A DNA stretch of 64,000 bases from an archaeon GW2011_AR15 (GCA_000830295.1 CP010425.1:736001-800000); one strand, 5' to 3'. Positions 19,407 through 28,896 are shown, counted from the first letter of the stretch. Numbers and translations: made by a program. Notes: a model not told the origin generated them from the letters alone.

Positions 19407-19445
19407 GTTTCAAAACGATTTAAATATGGTTTCAGATAATGAAAT
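19407..19445 (+). promoter_or_regulatory. TATA promoter of multicopper oxidase with GTTTCA sites
   Basis: GTTTCA-N6-TTTAAATA-N2-GTTTCA-N5-TGAAAT. Confidence 0.7.
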
Positions 19446-19485
19446 ATACGGAATCCACTATATCCGAAAAGGAGATGAGTAGAAA

Positions 19486-21156
19486 ATGCTTAAAATCAGA
19501 AAACCGAATACATTGATATATATTGTTTTGCTGGTTATCTTGAGCCTAGTTGCTTCAGCATGCACAAAACAGCAGGAAAATGAACTGGTATCAAACGGAA
19601 TGGAAGGTATGCCGTGCCACAGAATGCCGAACGGAGAGTTGATGGGAGATTGTGATGGAGTTGAAGAAACACAGGGAGAAGAAACAATGGGCATGATGTC
19701 CCAGCAGGCAACATTTAGAATAGGCTCTTCAGCTGATTCTTCTTCTCTTAAGGTGGCAAAACCAACATCAATACTTGACTTGGAAGACGGCGACGAAGTT
19801 GATATAACAGCAGAAATAGTACTTAAGGAAATAGATGGCCAGACCTTTAGGATGTATGCATACAACGGGAGGATACCAGGGATTGCACTGAGGGTGAAAC
19901 AAAATTCGAAGATTACTGTAAATTTTCATAATAAAATAGATCAGGAAACAACTATACACTGGCACGGTCTTAGGCATGATATTAAAGATGACGGCGTTCC
20001 AGGAATATCGCAGGATCCTGTAAAGCCAGGGGAATCTTATGTGTACAGTCTCTTTTTTCCTGATGAGGGAATCTATTGGTATCATCCTCATGTAAGAGAG
20101 GATATACAGCAGGAAGGGGGATTGGCAGGAAACATGCTTGTTGTTCCATCAGATCCGGATTATTGGAACCCTGTAAACAGAGAAGAATTATTGGTATTAG
20201 ATGATTTGTTGATTAGAAATGGGGAATTAATGCCATTTGGCAAAGAATATGCAACACATTCCACAATGGGAAGATTTGGAAATGTTCTTTTGACTAACGG
20301 CGACACGAATTACTCTCTTTCAGCTAATGAAGGGGAGGTAATAAGGTTCTATATAACAAATGCGGCAAATGTCCGCCCGTTTAAATTATCATTTGGAGGA
20401 GCCAGAATGAAACTTGTGGGTTCAGATATGGGAAAATATGAGAGGGAAGAATTTGTTGAGGGAGTCATCATGGCTCCTGGAGAAAGATACATAGTTGAGG
20501 TATATTTTGACAAAGCAGGAAAATACTATTTAGAGCATAATACCCCAGAAAAAAGATACATGCTTGGTGAAATTCAGGTTAGCGGGAGTAAAGCAAAGTT
20601 AGATTATTCTTCTTATTTTAATAACCTGAAAACTAATGAAGACATTAGTGAAGAAATAGATGAGTTCCGGCAATATTTTGAAAAGCCTGTTGATTACAGT
20701 CTTGTGCTTGATATTGATATGCCAGGTATGCAGATGATGGGCGAAGCTGAAAATCATGAAAGCATTGAATGGGAAGACACAATGCAGCAGATGAATGAAA
20801 TGATGGATTCCAGCGATATGACCTGGATACTAAAGGAGGAGAATACAGGAAAAGAGAATATGGACATATCAATGGATTCTAAAGTTGGCGATAAGGTAAA
20901 GATAAGGATATTCAATGACCCCGAATCCATGCATCCGATGCAACACCCCATCCATCTGCATGGCCAGAGGTTCCTCATCTTAAAGAAAAATGATGTTCCT
21001 GCAGATAATCTTGTATGGAAAGATACAGTTCTTGTCGGGATAGGGGAGACAGTTGAGATATTAGTTGATGTTACTAATCCAGGGGAGTGGATGATGCATT
21101 GCCATATTGCAGAGCATCTTGAAGCAGGAATGATGGCAGAATTTAGTGTTGGATAG
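19486..21156 (+). CDS. Three-domain multicopper oxidase
   Basis: IHWHG, WYHPH, HPIHLHG, HCHIAEHLEAGM; Met-rich inserts; ASAC lipobox-like signal. Confidence 0.93.
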   Translation: MLKIRKPNTLIYIVLLVILSLVASACTKQQENELVSNGMEGMPCHRMPNGELMGDCDGVEETQGEETMGMMSQQATFRIGSSADSSSLKVAKPTSILDLEDGDEVDITAEIVLKEIDGQTFRMYAYNGRIPGIALRVKQNSKITVNFHNKIDQETTIHWHGLRHDIKDDGVPGISQDPVKPGESYVYSLFFPDEGIYWYHPHVREDIQQEGGLAGNMLVVPSDPDYWNPVNREELLVLDDLLIRNGELMPFGKEYATHSTMGRFGNVLLTNGDTNYSLSANEGEVIRFYITNAANVRPFKLSFGGARMKLVGSDMGKYEREEFVEGVIMAPGERYIVEVYFDKAGKYYLEHNTPEKRYMLGEIQVSGSKAKLDYSSYFNNLKTNEDISEEIDEFRQYFEKPVDYSLVLDIDMPGMQMMGEAENHESIEWEDTMQQMNEMMDSSDMTWILKEENTGKENMDISMDSKVGDKVKIRIFNDPESMHPMQHPIHLHGQRFLILKKNDVPADNLVWKDTVLVGIGETVEILVDVTNPGEWMMHCHIAEHLEAGMMAEFSVG

Positions 21157-21499
21157 AAAGAGTATTTGACGCTATAACATGGCACACACACTCTTTGCCA
21201 TGGCATTTATCAGGGATTACAAGAGTATTGGTGATACTCCAGTCTTTTACTCTATGCAGTATTACCTTTAGCTCTCTTCCTGAATTTGTGAGATGATAAT
21301 AATCATCCTGCTTCCTGACTATGCCGAATTCCTGCATCTTTTTCAGCCTCTCGGACAGCAGGGTCTGGTTTATCTTTTTTCCCATGAGATTATGCAGCTC
21401 ATTGAAGCTTTTGCCGTTCTCATCAATATTTGAGAACACCATGAATGCCCATTTTTTCCCGAGGAAATCAAACAGTTCAATAAGGTCGCAATGCTCCAT
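21143..21499 (-). CDS. HxlR-family winged-helix regulator
   Basis: N-terminal C, GKKW, LSERLKKM, YHLT..G; Cys/His tail. Confidence 0.85.
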   Translation of the reverse strand: MEHCDLIELFDFLGKKWAFMVFSNIDENGKSFNELHNLMGKKINQTLLSERLKKMQEFGIVRKQDDYYHLTNSGRELKVILHRVKDWSITNTLVIPDKCHGKECVCHVIASNTLSIQH

Positions 21500-21556
21500 A
21501 ACTACAGAAATGTGTAGTGAATATTTAAATATGTTTATGGCTTAGACAAATAGAAC

Positions 21557-22069
21557 ATGGACAAACATCAGTATGTATGGGCACTTCTTAGAATATCTCT
21601 CGGACTAATCTTCCTCTGGGCATTCTTTGATAAGACATTTGGGCTGGGATTTACAACATGCAGCACAGAGACCGGCATACAGGTCATGTGCGACAGTGCC
21701 TGGCTGAACGGAGGCAGCCCGACAGCGGGTTTCCTTAAATTCGCCACAGCAGGGCCGCTTGCAGCATTTTACCAAAGCATTGCAGGCAGTGCTTTTGTTG
21801 AGTGGCTTTTCATGTTAGGTTTATTCGGTATAGGATTTTCCTTGGTATCAGGGATGGGAGTCAAACTAGCTGGCTATTTCGGTGCTCTACTGATGGTCCT
21901 CATGTGGTCAGCTACCCTCCCCCCTGAACACCATCCTTTCCTTGATGAGCATATAATTTATGCTCTTGTGCTTTTAGGCCTCGCTTTTGCAAAAGCAGGC
22001 CGTTTCTGGGGCTTAGGCAGATGGTGGTCCAAAACAAAAATTGTAAAAAAATACCCTGTTTTGGAATAG
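21557..22069 (+). CDS. DoxX-family membrane protein
   Basis: LRISLGLIFLWAFFDK, DEHIIY, AGRFWGL. Confidence 0.85.
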   Translation: MDKHQYVWALLRISLGLIFLWAFFDKTFGLGFTTCSTETGIQVMCDSAWLNGGSPTAGFLKFATAGPLAAFYQSIAGSAFVEWLFMLGLFGIGFSLVSGMGVKLAGYFGALLMVLMWSATLPPEHHPFLDEHIIYALVLLGLAFAKAGRFWGLGRWWSKTKIVKKYPVLE

Positions 22070-22099
22070 ATTAAAAATAGAGACGTATTTTGATTTCGT

Positions 22100-23113
22100 A
22101 TGGATATAGCCTTTTTTGAACTAGAGAACTGGCAGAAACAGGAAATAAAGCAGAAGCTGAAAAACCACAGGCTGGCTTTTTTTGACAGCCCTCTCAAAGA
22201 AGAGCATATCAGTAAGATAAAAGATACGCAGGTTCTCGGGATTTTCATATACTCAAAGATTACAGCAGATATAATAGACCGGCTGCCGAAGCTCAGGCTT
22301 ATTGCCACAATGTCTACTGGCTTTGACCATATTGATATTGAATACTGCAAAAGGAAAAACATAGCAGTATGCAATGTGCCGACTTACGGGGAGAATACAG
22401 TTGCAGAGCATACTTTTGCGCTTATACTTGCACTGTCAAGGAAATTATACCCTTCAGTTAAGAGGACTAGGGAGAACCATCTCTTTGAGACTGATATCTC
22501 ACTCAGGGGGTTTGACCTCAAGGGAAGGACAATAGGCCTTATAGGCTGCGGCAATATAGGAAAACATGTTGCCAGGATGGCAGCAGGGTTTGAGATGGAC
22601 ATACTTGTCTATGATATCTATAAGGATGAGAAACTTGCCAGAAAAATAGGTTTCAGATATGCAGAGTTTGATGACCTTCTCACTGAATCTGACGTAATAA
22701 GCCTCCATGTGCCTTATAACAGCAAGACGCACCATCTTATTAATGAGGAGACAATAGGCAGGATGAAAAAGGGGGCCCATATAATCAACACTTCAAGAGG
22801 CGCAGTGATTGACACAAAGGCCCTTGTGAGAGGTCTGGAGTCAGGAAAAATTGCAGGGGTAGGAATAGATGTGCTTGAGGGAGAGGGGGAAATAAAGGAA
22901 GAGATGGCTGTCCTCAAGGATGAATTCAAATCCAGTTCAGACCTCCAGACAGTACTTGCCAATCATGTGCTCATGAAAATGGATAATGTCTTAATCACGC
23001 CTCACAACGCATTCAATTCAGCCGAGGCCCTGCAGAGGATACTGAATACGACAATAGAGAATATCTTTTCTTTTTCATCAGGAAAAAAAGAGAACCTTGT
23101 CTGGCAGCATTAA
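22100..23113 (+). CDS. D-isomer 2-hydroxyacid (D-lactate-like) dehydrogenase
   Basis: STGFDHID, GCGNIG, INTSRG, DVLEGE, TPHNA. Confidence 0.92.
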   Translation: MDIAFFELENWQKQEIKQKLKNHRLAFFDSPLKEEHISKIKDTQVLGIFIYSKITADIIDRLPKLRLIATMSTGFDHIDIEYCKRKNIAVCNVPTYGENTVAEHTFALILALSRKLYPSVKRTRENHLFETDISLRGFDLKGRTIGLIGCGNIGKHVARMAAGFEMDILVYDIYKDEKLARKIGFRYAEFDDLLTESDVISLHVPYNSKTHHLINEETIGRMKKGAHIINTSRGAVIDTKALVRGLESGKIAGVGIDVLEGEGEIKEEMAVLKDEFKSSSDLQTVLANHVLMKMDNVLITPHNAFNSAEALQRILNTTIENIFSFSSGKKENLVWQH

Positions 23114-23145
23114 CATTAATAAACTTCCTTCTAATCCCACATTTT

Positions 23146-24075
23146 ATGGAATTCTGCCCGGGATGCGGAAAAAAAAGCAAGGGAATATGCAGGGACTGCA
23201 GGCCACAGAAGGAGATTAAGGTTAGAGATATCAATATAAAATTCTGCAGCTCCTGCAAAAAATATTTTCACAGGAACAAGTGGACAGAGTATACTGACAT
23301 TGAAGAGGTAGTAAAAAAAATAGCTTCTGAGAACATAAAAGAAGAGAATATTTCCATAAATCCCATACTTCCGGAAATCAGGATGAAGCCAGGCATTACA
23401 GAAGAGGCTTTCATTGAAATTGAGATAGATGGGGATATCTCCTATATCCCGGCGAACCTGGAAATGACCTACTGCGATAAATGCTCAAAAAAACAGGGTG
23501 AGTATTTTGAGGGGACATTGCAGCTGAGGAATGTTGATGAGGAGATGGTAGAATTTGCCCGCTCTTTTTTCAGGAAGAATAATGTCTTCATATCAAAGGA
23601 AAAGGAGCAGCCGAAGGGCATTGACATGAATGTTACAGATAAAAAAAGGCTGCAGAATATAGGGCTCATGCTGCAGAGAAAATACGGCGGCTCAATAAAA
23701 GTCAGTCCGCATATACATACGCAGGACAGGCAGACCAGCAAGCAGGTCTACAGGGTGAACCTTCTTTATGAAGCTCCGGAGTTCAGGATCGGCCAGGTTA
23801 TCAAGGTCGATAATAAGGTTCTGCTTGTAAAAAACATCTCCAAGACTGTTTCCGGTGTGGACCTGGCCACAGGGAGCAGAGCATCAGTTGATCTGAAGAA
23901 GAAGGAATACAAAATATTGCGGCCTTCTGAATCAAGAATCTCCAAAGTGCACCCGGGAATTGAGATTCTCGACCCTGAAACTTATCAGAGCGTACCCCTG
24001 AGAAATAAGAAAAAGGTGCAGATTGGGGAGAAGGTAAATGTTGTCAGCGACAGAGGAGTCTATTATATTCTCTGA
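23146..24075 (+). CDS. NMD3-family ribosome biogenesis protein
   Basis: Four CxxC pairs, YFEGTLQLR. Confidence 0.85.
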   Translation: MEFCPGCGKKSKGICRDCRPQKEIKVRDINIKFCSSCKKYFHRNKWTEYTDIEEVVKKIASENIKEENISINPILPEIRMKPGITEEAFIEIEIDGDISYIPANLEMTYCDKCSKKQGEYFEGTLQLRNVDEEMVEFARSFFRKNNVFISKEKEQPKGIDMNVTDKKRLQNIGLMLQRKYGGSIKVSPHIHTQDRQTSKQVYRVNLLYEAPEFRIGQVIKVDNKVLLVKNISKTVSGVDLATGSRASVDLKKKEYKILRPSESRISKVHPGIEILDPETYQSVPLRNKKKVQIGEKVNVVSDRGVYYIL

Positions 24076-24136
24076 TTTTTTGTAAGGATAAGCTTTTTAT
24101 ATACGCAGTTTAACTGAAGTATTTAGGGGGAGATAT

Positions 24137-25210
24137 TTGGGAAGAAACAGATATGGCTACTGTCTGATTGGATGCGAGGGCGGTAGATATCTTACTGAAA
24201 AAATTGATGCTGAGCTTAAAGGTTCTGAGGGATACAGAGGCATAATAAAGTCTGAATCAGTGAAATTCCATGATGGCGAGATTGAAGCCAGGATAATGGA
24301 GCATGTCAGGGGGAGCGACGTGTATATTATCCAGCAGCTGTATTCTCCGACAACATCGGGCAGGAATCTTAATGATAATCTGTTTGAGCTGTGCTTAACA
24401 ATACAGGCAGCAGGCAAAGCAGATGCCCATAAAATAACCGCGGTTATACCGTATCATGCATACTCACGCGCTGACAGAAGGTCCGGAAAAGATGAAGGTA
24501 TCCGAAAATCAATAGGCGCAAAGCTTGTGGCAGACGTCATTGTAGCTTCAGGGGCTGACAAAGTGATGAGTTTTGATATACATAATGAGAGTATAGAAGC
24601 ATTCTACCCTAACAGGTTCCCTGTAGAAAATATATACCAGACAAACCTTTTCAATAATAAACTTAAAAATGATTTTCCGGAATACCTGGAAAATGCAGTC
24701 ATGTTAGCCCTGGACCTAGGAGGCGCAAAAAGAGTCGCACGCCAAGCAAAGATTATGGGACTGCCTCTGGCAGTAGTGGAAAAAGGCAGGGATACTGTGT
24801 CAGGTGAGCTTAAAATCGAGGGGATTATGGGTGATGTAAGAGGAAAATACTGCGTCTGCCTCGATGATATCGGGGGAACATTCGGAACATTTCAGGAAGG
24901 CGGGGGAGCAGCTATGGCCAGTGGGGCGCTTGGTATTATAGGGGGTGTATCATTCCCTCTTTTTGTCGGGCCCGCAATAGAAAGAATGGATAAAATGCAT
25001 GAAGAAGGGGGGCTTATTGCGATGCTGGGAACAGATGCAGTCTGGCATGGGGAGGAGTTTCTTGAAGAGCACCCATATTTTTCTTATATACCTCTTGCAC
25101 CTACGCTTGCCAATACAATAAGAGCAATCCAGAGGGGGGAAGACTCACTGCACCAAGAACTTGATGTAAAGCCGCTGGAACAGAACGGATTAATACTTCC
25201 CAAGCCCTAA
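24137..25210 (+). CDS. prs: Ribose-phosphate pyrophosphokinase (divergent)
   Basis: FHDGE, VRGSDV, PYHAYSRADR, DIH, DLGG, DDIGGT. Confidence 0.85.
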   Translation: MGRNRYGYCLIGCEGGRYLTEKIDAELKGSEGYRGIIKSESVKFHDGEIEARIMEHVRGSDVYIIQQLYSPTTSGRNLNDNLFELCLTIQAAGKADAHKITAVIPYHAYSRADRRSGKDEGIRKSIGAKLVADVIVASGADKVMSFDIHNESIEAFYPNRFPVENIYQTNLFNNKLKNDFPEYLENAVMLALDLGGAKRVARQAKIMGLPLAVVEKGRDTVSGELKIEGIMGDVRGKYCVCLDDIGGTFGTFQEGGGAAMASGALGIIGGVSFPLFVGPAIERMDKMHEEGGLIAMLGTDAVWHGEEFLEEHPYFSYIPLAPTLANTIRAIQRGEDSLHQELDVKPLEQNGLILPKP

Positions 25211-26749
25211 CTGTCCCTTCCTCTTTCCTTTTGAAACTTTTTCGATGTCTTCACCGATCTGCTTCTTGAGGTTAAGCGCAGTCTTCTCGCCAAGCAGCTG
25301 GGTAAGCTTTGTCATATCTGCTTTTTTTATGTCTCCGATATCTTTTATCCCGTTCCTGTAAAGCTTTCTTGCCCTTACCCTTCCGACATTTTTCAGCCTA
25401 GCCAGAGGTATAAGCTCCTCCTTAACTCCCTTGTCCAGCCTGAACCTTGTCTTTCTTATGTTTTTTATTATGTCCCTGAAATTGAGCAGTGCAGCAAGCT
25501 CCTCGCCTGCATAAAGTATCCAGTCGCACAGATTCCTTTTCAGATGAAGCTCTCCGGGTGCGATATTGAATTCCTCAAGTATCTCATTTTCAGTCTTCTC
25601 CTCCATCCATGATTCAAGCGCAATAGCCAGCTTCATGCTCTTCAGGAATTCATCATATTCCGGCTCAAATACGCTCGGTTCAAATGCTATCAGGAGAGAG
25701 GAGGATTCATTAAGCTCTGCTTCAATAAAATCAGTTTCCTTTACCCTGACAGAAGGAAGAGGCCTCAATTCAAGCGTGGAGCAGGCCAGCTGCAAATAAG
25801 AAAGTTCAGTTGCTGTTTTCTGTGTCGCCCTTCTCAGAGCTGTTATTATCTGGTGTGCAGTGAATGGGTCAAGATACAGCTGGGCAACCCTCTCCCCGAG
25901 TTTTGTAACTTCTATTTTGTCATCGCCCAAGCTGTTGGCAGAGACGAAATCATCTTTCTTTGACTGCCTTATGAACTCCCATTCCTCAAGGTAATTCAGC
26001 ATCTTGTCTAGTATGGATTCAATTGCATTCATATCCTGGAATTGATAGCCGTAGAATGTCTTCTCAAAGAAATCGACAAGCTCTTTTTTTGAATGGGCAA
26101 ATCCTGTTGCTGCAAGGCTCAGGCAGTATGTCCTCAGTACAGGCTCGACAGCCAGTTTCGAGTATATATTTTCAGGAGGGGCATTTATAAATTTCTCTAC
26201 TATGTCCTCTGCTTCTTTCTCTGTTGATGCAATGCAGATTGCCTCCCCATGTGTATCATTGAAATCAGGCCGGCCTGCCCTGCCTGCCATCTGGTGGTAT
26301 TCAAGAGCAGGGATGTACTGGAGGCCCCATCTGCCGCCATATCTCTTGAGGTCCTTTATTACTGCCCTGAATGCAGGCAGGTTAAGCCCGAACGCCAGCG
26401 TGGGAGTGCTTGCTATAACCTTTATCCTGCCATTCCTGAAGTTATCCTCAACAAGCTTTCTCTGCTTTGAGGCAAGCCCTGCATGGTGGAACGCCATGCC
26501 TTTCCTTATGCAGTATGCAAGCCTCCTGCATTGTTTTGTAGGAGAGGAGAGGACATTCAGTATTTCATCTGCAAGCTTTTCAAGGTCATCACTTTTTGAG
26601 TCTATCTTCCTGGCCAGCTTTTCCGCAGTAGATTCTGCAGACCTTCTTGTATTGCAGAATACCAGCGCCTGCTTGTTCCTTTTTACAGTATCCAGTGCTA
26701 TGTCCAGGGCAGGATGATCCGTAAGCTCAGGAATTGAGAGCGGCTTCAT
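25190..26749 (-). CDS. Hel308/Ski2-like helicase, C-terminal part only (RecA2 + winged helix + ratchet + HhH)
   Basis: ALVFCNTRR, FHHAGL, TPTLAFGLNLP, QMAGRAGRP, VGRVRARKL; no Walker A or DExH. Confidence 0.85.
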   Translation of the reverse strand: MKPLSIPELTDHPALDIALDTVKRNKQALVFCNTRRSAESTAEKLARKIDSKSDDLEKLADEILNVLSSPTKQCRRLAYCIRKGMAFHHAGLASKQRKLVEDNFRNGRIKVIASTPTLAFGLNLPAFRAVIKDLKRYGGRWGLQYIPALEYHQMAGRAGRPDFNDTHGEAICIASTEKEAEDIVEKFINAPPENIYSKLAVEPVLRTYCLSLAATGFAHSKKELVDFFEKTFYGYQFQDMNAIESILDKMLNYLEEWEFIRQSKKDDFVSANSLGDDKIEVTKLGERVAQLYLDPFTAHQIITALRRATQKTATELSYLQLACSTLELRPLPSVRVKETDFIEAELNESSSLLIAFEPSVFEPEYDEFLKSMKLAIALESWMEEKTENEILEEFNIAPGELHLKRNLCDWILYAGEELAALLNFRDIIKNIRKTRFRLDKGVKEELIPLARLKNVGRVRARKLYRNGIKDIGDIKKADMTKLTQLLGEKTALNLKKQIGEDIEKVSKGKRKGQLGLGKY

Positions 26750-26960
26750 AGCAACTAAAAAACAAACTTCATTAATTAAGCTTTGCGATGTTTCTTATTC
26801 CTTTTTTGCAGAAAGAGCAGCAGGGTATCATAGGAAACAGGGACATTCCTCGTTAAGAGTGGCTGTAAGAATCATAAAAATAAAAAAAATGAAAAAAATA
26901 TTTTATTCCTATGCTCCTGCACTACCTTATTAACTTTATCTGTAAGTGAATTAAAAGAAG

Positions 26961-27051
26961 TGGGCCCGAGCGGATTCTCACCAATCCTTACCAGCATTGA
27001 TGGGGCTAGTGTGTTTCCTCGCTTTGCTCGTCAAGCACACGTTATATAAAA
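26961..27051 (-). repeat. tRNA-Ile 3' trailer module with 16-bp copy of the tRNA 3' end
   Basis: tgggcccgagcggatt at 26961 and 27052; hairpins GTGTG..GAGCAAAGCGA..CACAC and CATCAAT-G-CT-GGTA-AG-G-ATTGGTG. Confidence 0.85.
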
Positions 27052-27175
27052 TGGGCCCGAGCGGATTTGAACCGCCGACCACTCGATTGCTGACTGATAT
27101 GCTATCAGTCGAGCGCTCCATTATCCCATCGCCCAGGTACAACCCAGGCGAGTGACCAGACTAAGCCACGGGCCC
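27052..27175 (-). tRNA. tRNA-Ile(GAT) with two introns: D-loop (~27121-27155) and canonical 37/38 (27088-27102)
   Basis: Removing both inserts gives GGGCCCGTGGCTTAGTCTGGTGGAGCGCTCGACTGATAATCGAGTGGTCGGCGGTTCAAATCCGCTCGGGCCCA; all stems pair. Confidence 0.9.
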
Positions 27176-27241
27176 GATGGTTCTCAGAATTTGAACTGCA
27201 TTTAAAAAAATTGCGATAAATATAAGAGATAGCGCATTATT

Positions 27242-27661
27242 TTGGAGATTATGGATCTATCAGAACTGACACTGATTCTGCAGGTATCAATAGTGCCGGT
27301 CGCCCTTATCTCGGGAATAGGGCTTATCATCCTTTCCATGACAAACAGGCTCGGGAGAATCATGGACAGGATAAGAGCGCTGATCGGCAACAAGAAAAAG
27401 AGGCAGCAGGCGGATATGCTTTACAGGAGGGCAAAAATAATGCAGCGCGCTGTGATACTGGGAAGCATCAGCATATTATTTGTTGCAGTTCTCATAATAA
27501 TGAATTTTCTGTTTCTTATCCTAAGTGTGAACAGCGCAGTTATGACCATACTAGTATTCTCGCTTATTCTGGCCCTTCTTATAGTGTCCCTGTTTCTCTT
27601 TATCTAAGACTTGACTTTATCATTAAAAGCAATAGAGTTAGAAATAAAAGACAGTTTATGA
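27242..27661 (+). pseudogene. DUF2721-like membrane protein with in-frame TAA at 27605
   Basis: LSMTNRLGRIMDRIR; frame continues DLTLSLKAIELEIKDSL after the stop. Confidence 0.6.
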
Positions 27662-27669
27662 AGTAAAGA

Positions 27670-27772
27670 AAAAGTGGGACTTCATTGATTCTCATCAAGC
27701 CTTTAAGAAAAGCCTTGAGGGAAACAAATCCGGTTCTGTTAACAAGTTAACAGAACGACAAAATTAAAAAAG
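27670..27772 (-). repeat. tRNA-Phe 3' trailer module with degenerate (13/16) copy of the tRNA 3' end
   Basis: tgggacttcattgatt (27675) vs tgggacctcagggatt (27773); hairpin TCAAG-G-CTTT-TCTT-AAAG-G-CTTGA; 11-bp inverted repeat 27733-27756. Confidence 0.75.
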
Positions 27773-27882
27773 TGGGACCTCAGGGATTTGAACCCTGGAC
27801 ACCACGGTTACTAAATTCTCACCAGTTACAGACTGGTGGTGGTGCTTCAGCCGTGTGCTCTCCCAGGCTGAGCTAAGGTCCC
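27773..27882 (-). tRNA. tRNA-Phe(GAA) with 36-nt intron at 37/38 (27809-27844)
   Basis: CACGG-CTGAAG|intron|A-CCGTG anticodon arm; TTCAAAT T-loop; GGGACCT/AGGTCCC acceptor. Confidence 0.92.
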
Positions 27883-27930
27883 GCCAATGCCCTGAAATTA
27901 AGCACGATTTAAATTGTTTTCTATAAGCAG

Positions 27931-28854
27931 CTACAATCTGTACTCGACAGGCAGATGGAAGAAGCCGGAAGGTGATTTGTAATTGTCAAGCGGAAATTTT
28001 TTCAGGCCATGCTTCACAGCCGCTATATCTGGAATTGCAAAAGATATGGGCCTGCCGTAGTCGGCATTTTCAACTCCGCTATCTTTTTTATAGTGGGCTA
28101 TCCAGTACAATTTTTTCCCTTCGTTATTGAGGGTTAGTCTGAACAAATGAAGTTTTTCTCCTTCTTTATCTAAGACAGTGTATTTTCTATCTCCTGAAAA
28201 AGCCACTTCAGCGATGAGGTTCCAGAAAAAAATAAGCCCCCCATTCATTCGGTCTATATCAGGATTCCTTTTTCCTTTCAGCCAATTGAACATTGGGCTT
28301 ATCTTATCACTTGCCTGAACAAAGCCATAGACAGGCCCGAAATCACCTATAAGCAGGCCTTCAAGATGGTCCAGCTCATGATGGGCGTATCTTGCCTGGT
28401 CTTTGCTGCTGATAGATATCTCCTCTTCAATCCCTTTTTCAAGAACATACCCTGACAATACCATGCTTTTTGGCCTTGCTACAGGCATATAAGGCTCCCC
28501 AAGAGAGCCGCAGCCCTCAAGAAAGTCTGCTTTCTCATATTCCTCTTTAGAGATTATCTCCGGGTTTACTACCGTAATAAACCTATTTTTTGCAGAATAA
28601 TCAGGATTAGGTATCTGCATCATCCTTAGAGGCCGTTCAGTTTCTTTCCAGTAGATATTCTGTGAGGCTACAGCGTTCCACTTCTTTTTTGTTCTGAATT
28701 CTGTCATGAGTTTTGCAAGCTTCTTTACAAGCCCCATCTCAGTATTGGTATCAACGTGCATTGCAGGAGTCCTGACCCATTTCGCATATTCTATGCTCTT
28801 ATACACGTCGCAGACATCCGCTCCTGTTTTTAGCGCAAGCATTGATTTGAACAT
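27931..28854 (-). CDS. Peptide-deformylase-fold protein with long C-terminal extension
   Basis: VVNPEI, EGCGSL, HHELDHLEG; motif 1 degenerate. Confidence 0.7.
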   Translation of the reverse strand: MFKSMLALKTGADVCDVYKSIEYAKWVRTPAMHVDTNTEMGLVKKLAKLMTEFRTKKKWNAVASQNIYWKETERPLRMMQIPNPDYSAKNRFITVVNPEIISKEEYEKADFLEGCGSLGEPYMPVARPKSMVLSGYVLEKGIEEEISISSKDQARYAHHELDHLEGLLIGDFGPVYGFVQASDKISPMFNWLKGKRNPDIDRMNGGLIFFWNLIAEVAFSGDRKYTVLDKEGEKLHLFRLTLNNEGKKLYWIAHYKKDSGVENADYGRPISFAIPDIAAVKHGLKKFPLDNYKSPSGFFHLPVEYRL

Positions 28855-28896
28855 CAGGAGAAGAACTATGAGGCTAAATTTAAAACTATCAGAAAA

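Noticed and set aside
27605-27607. Stop-codon reassignment
   Set aside because: TAA, TAG and TGA all terminate conserved genes at expected positions in this window.
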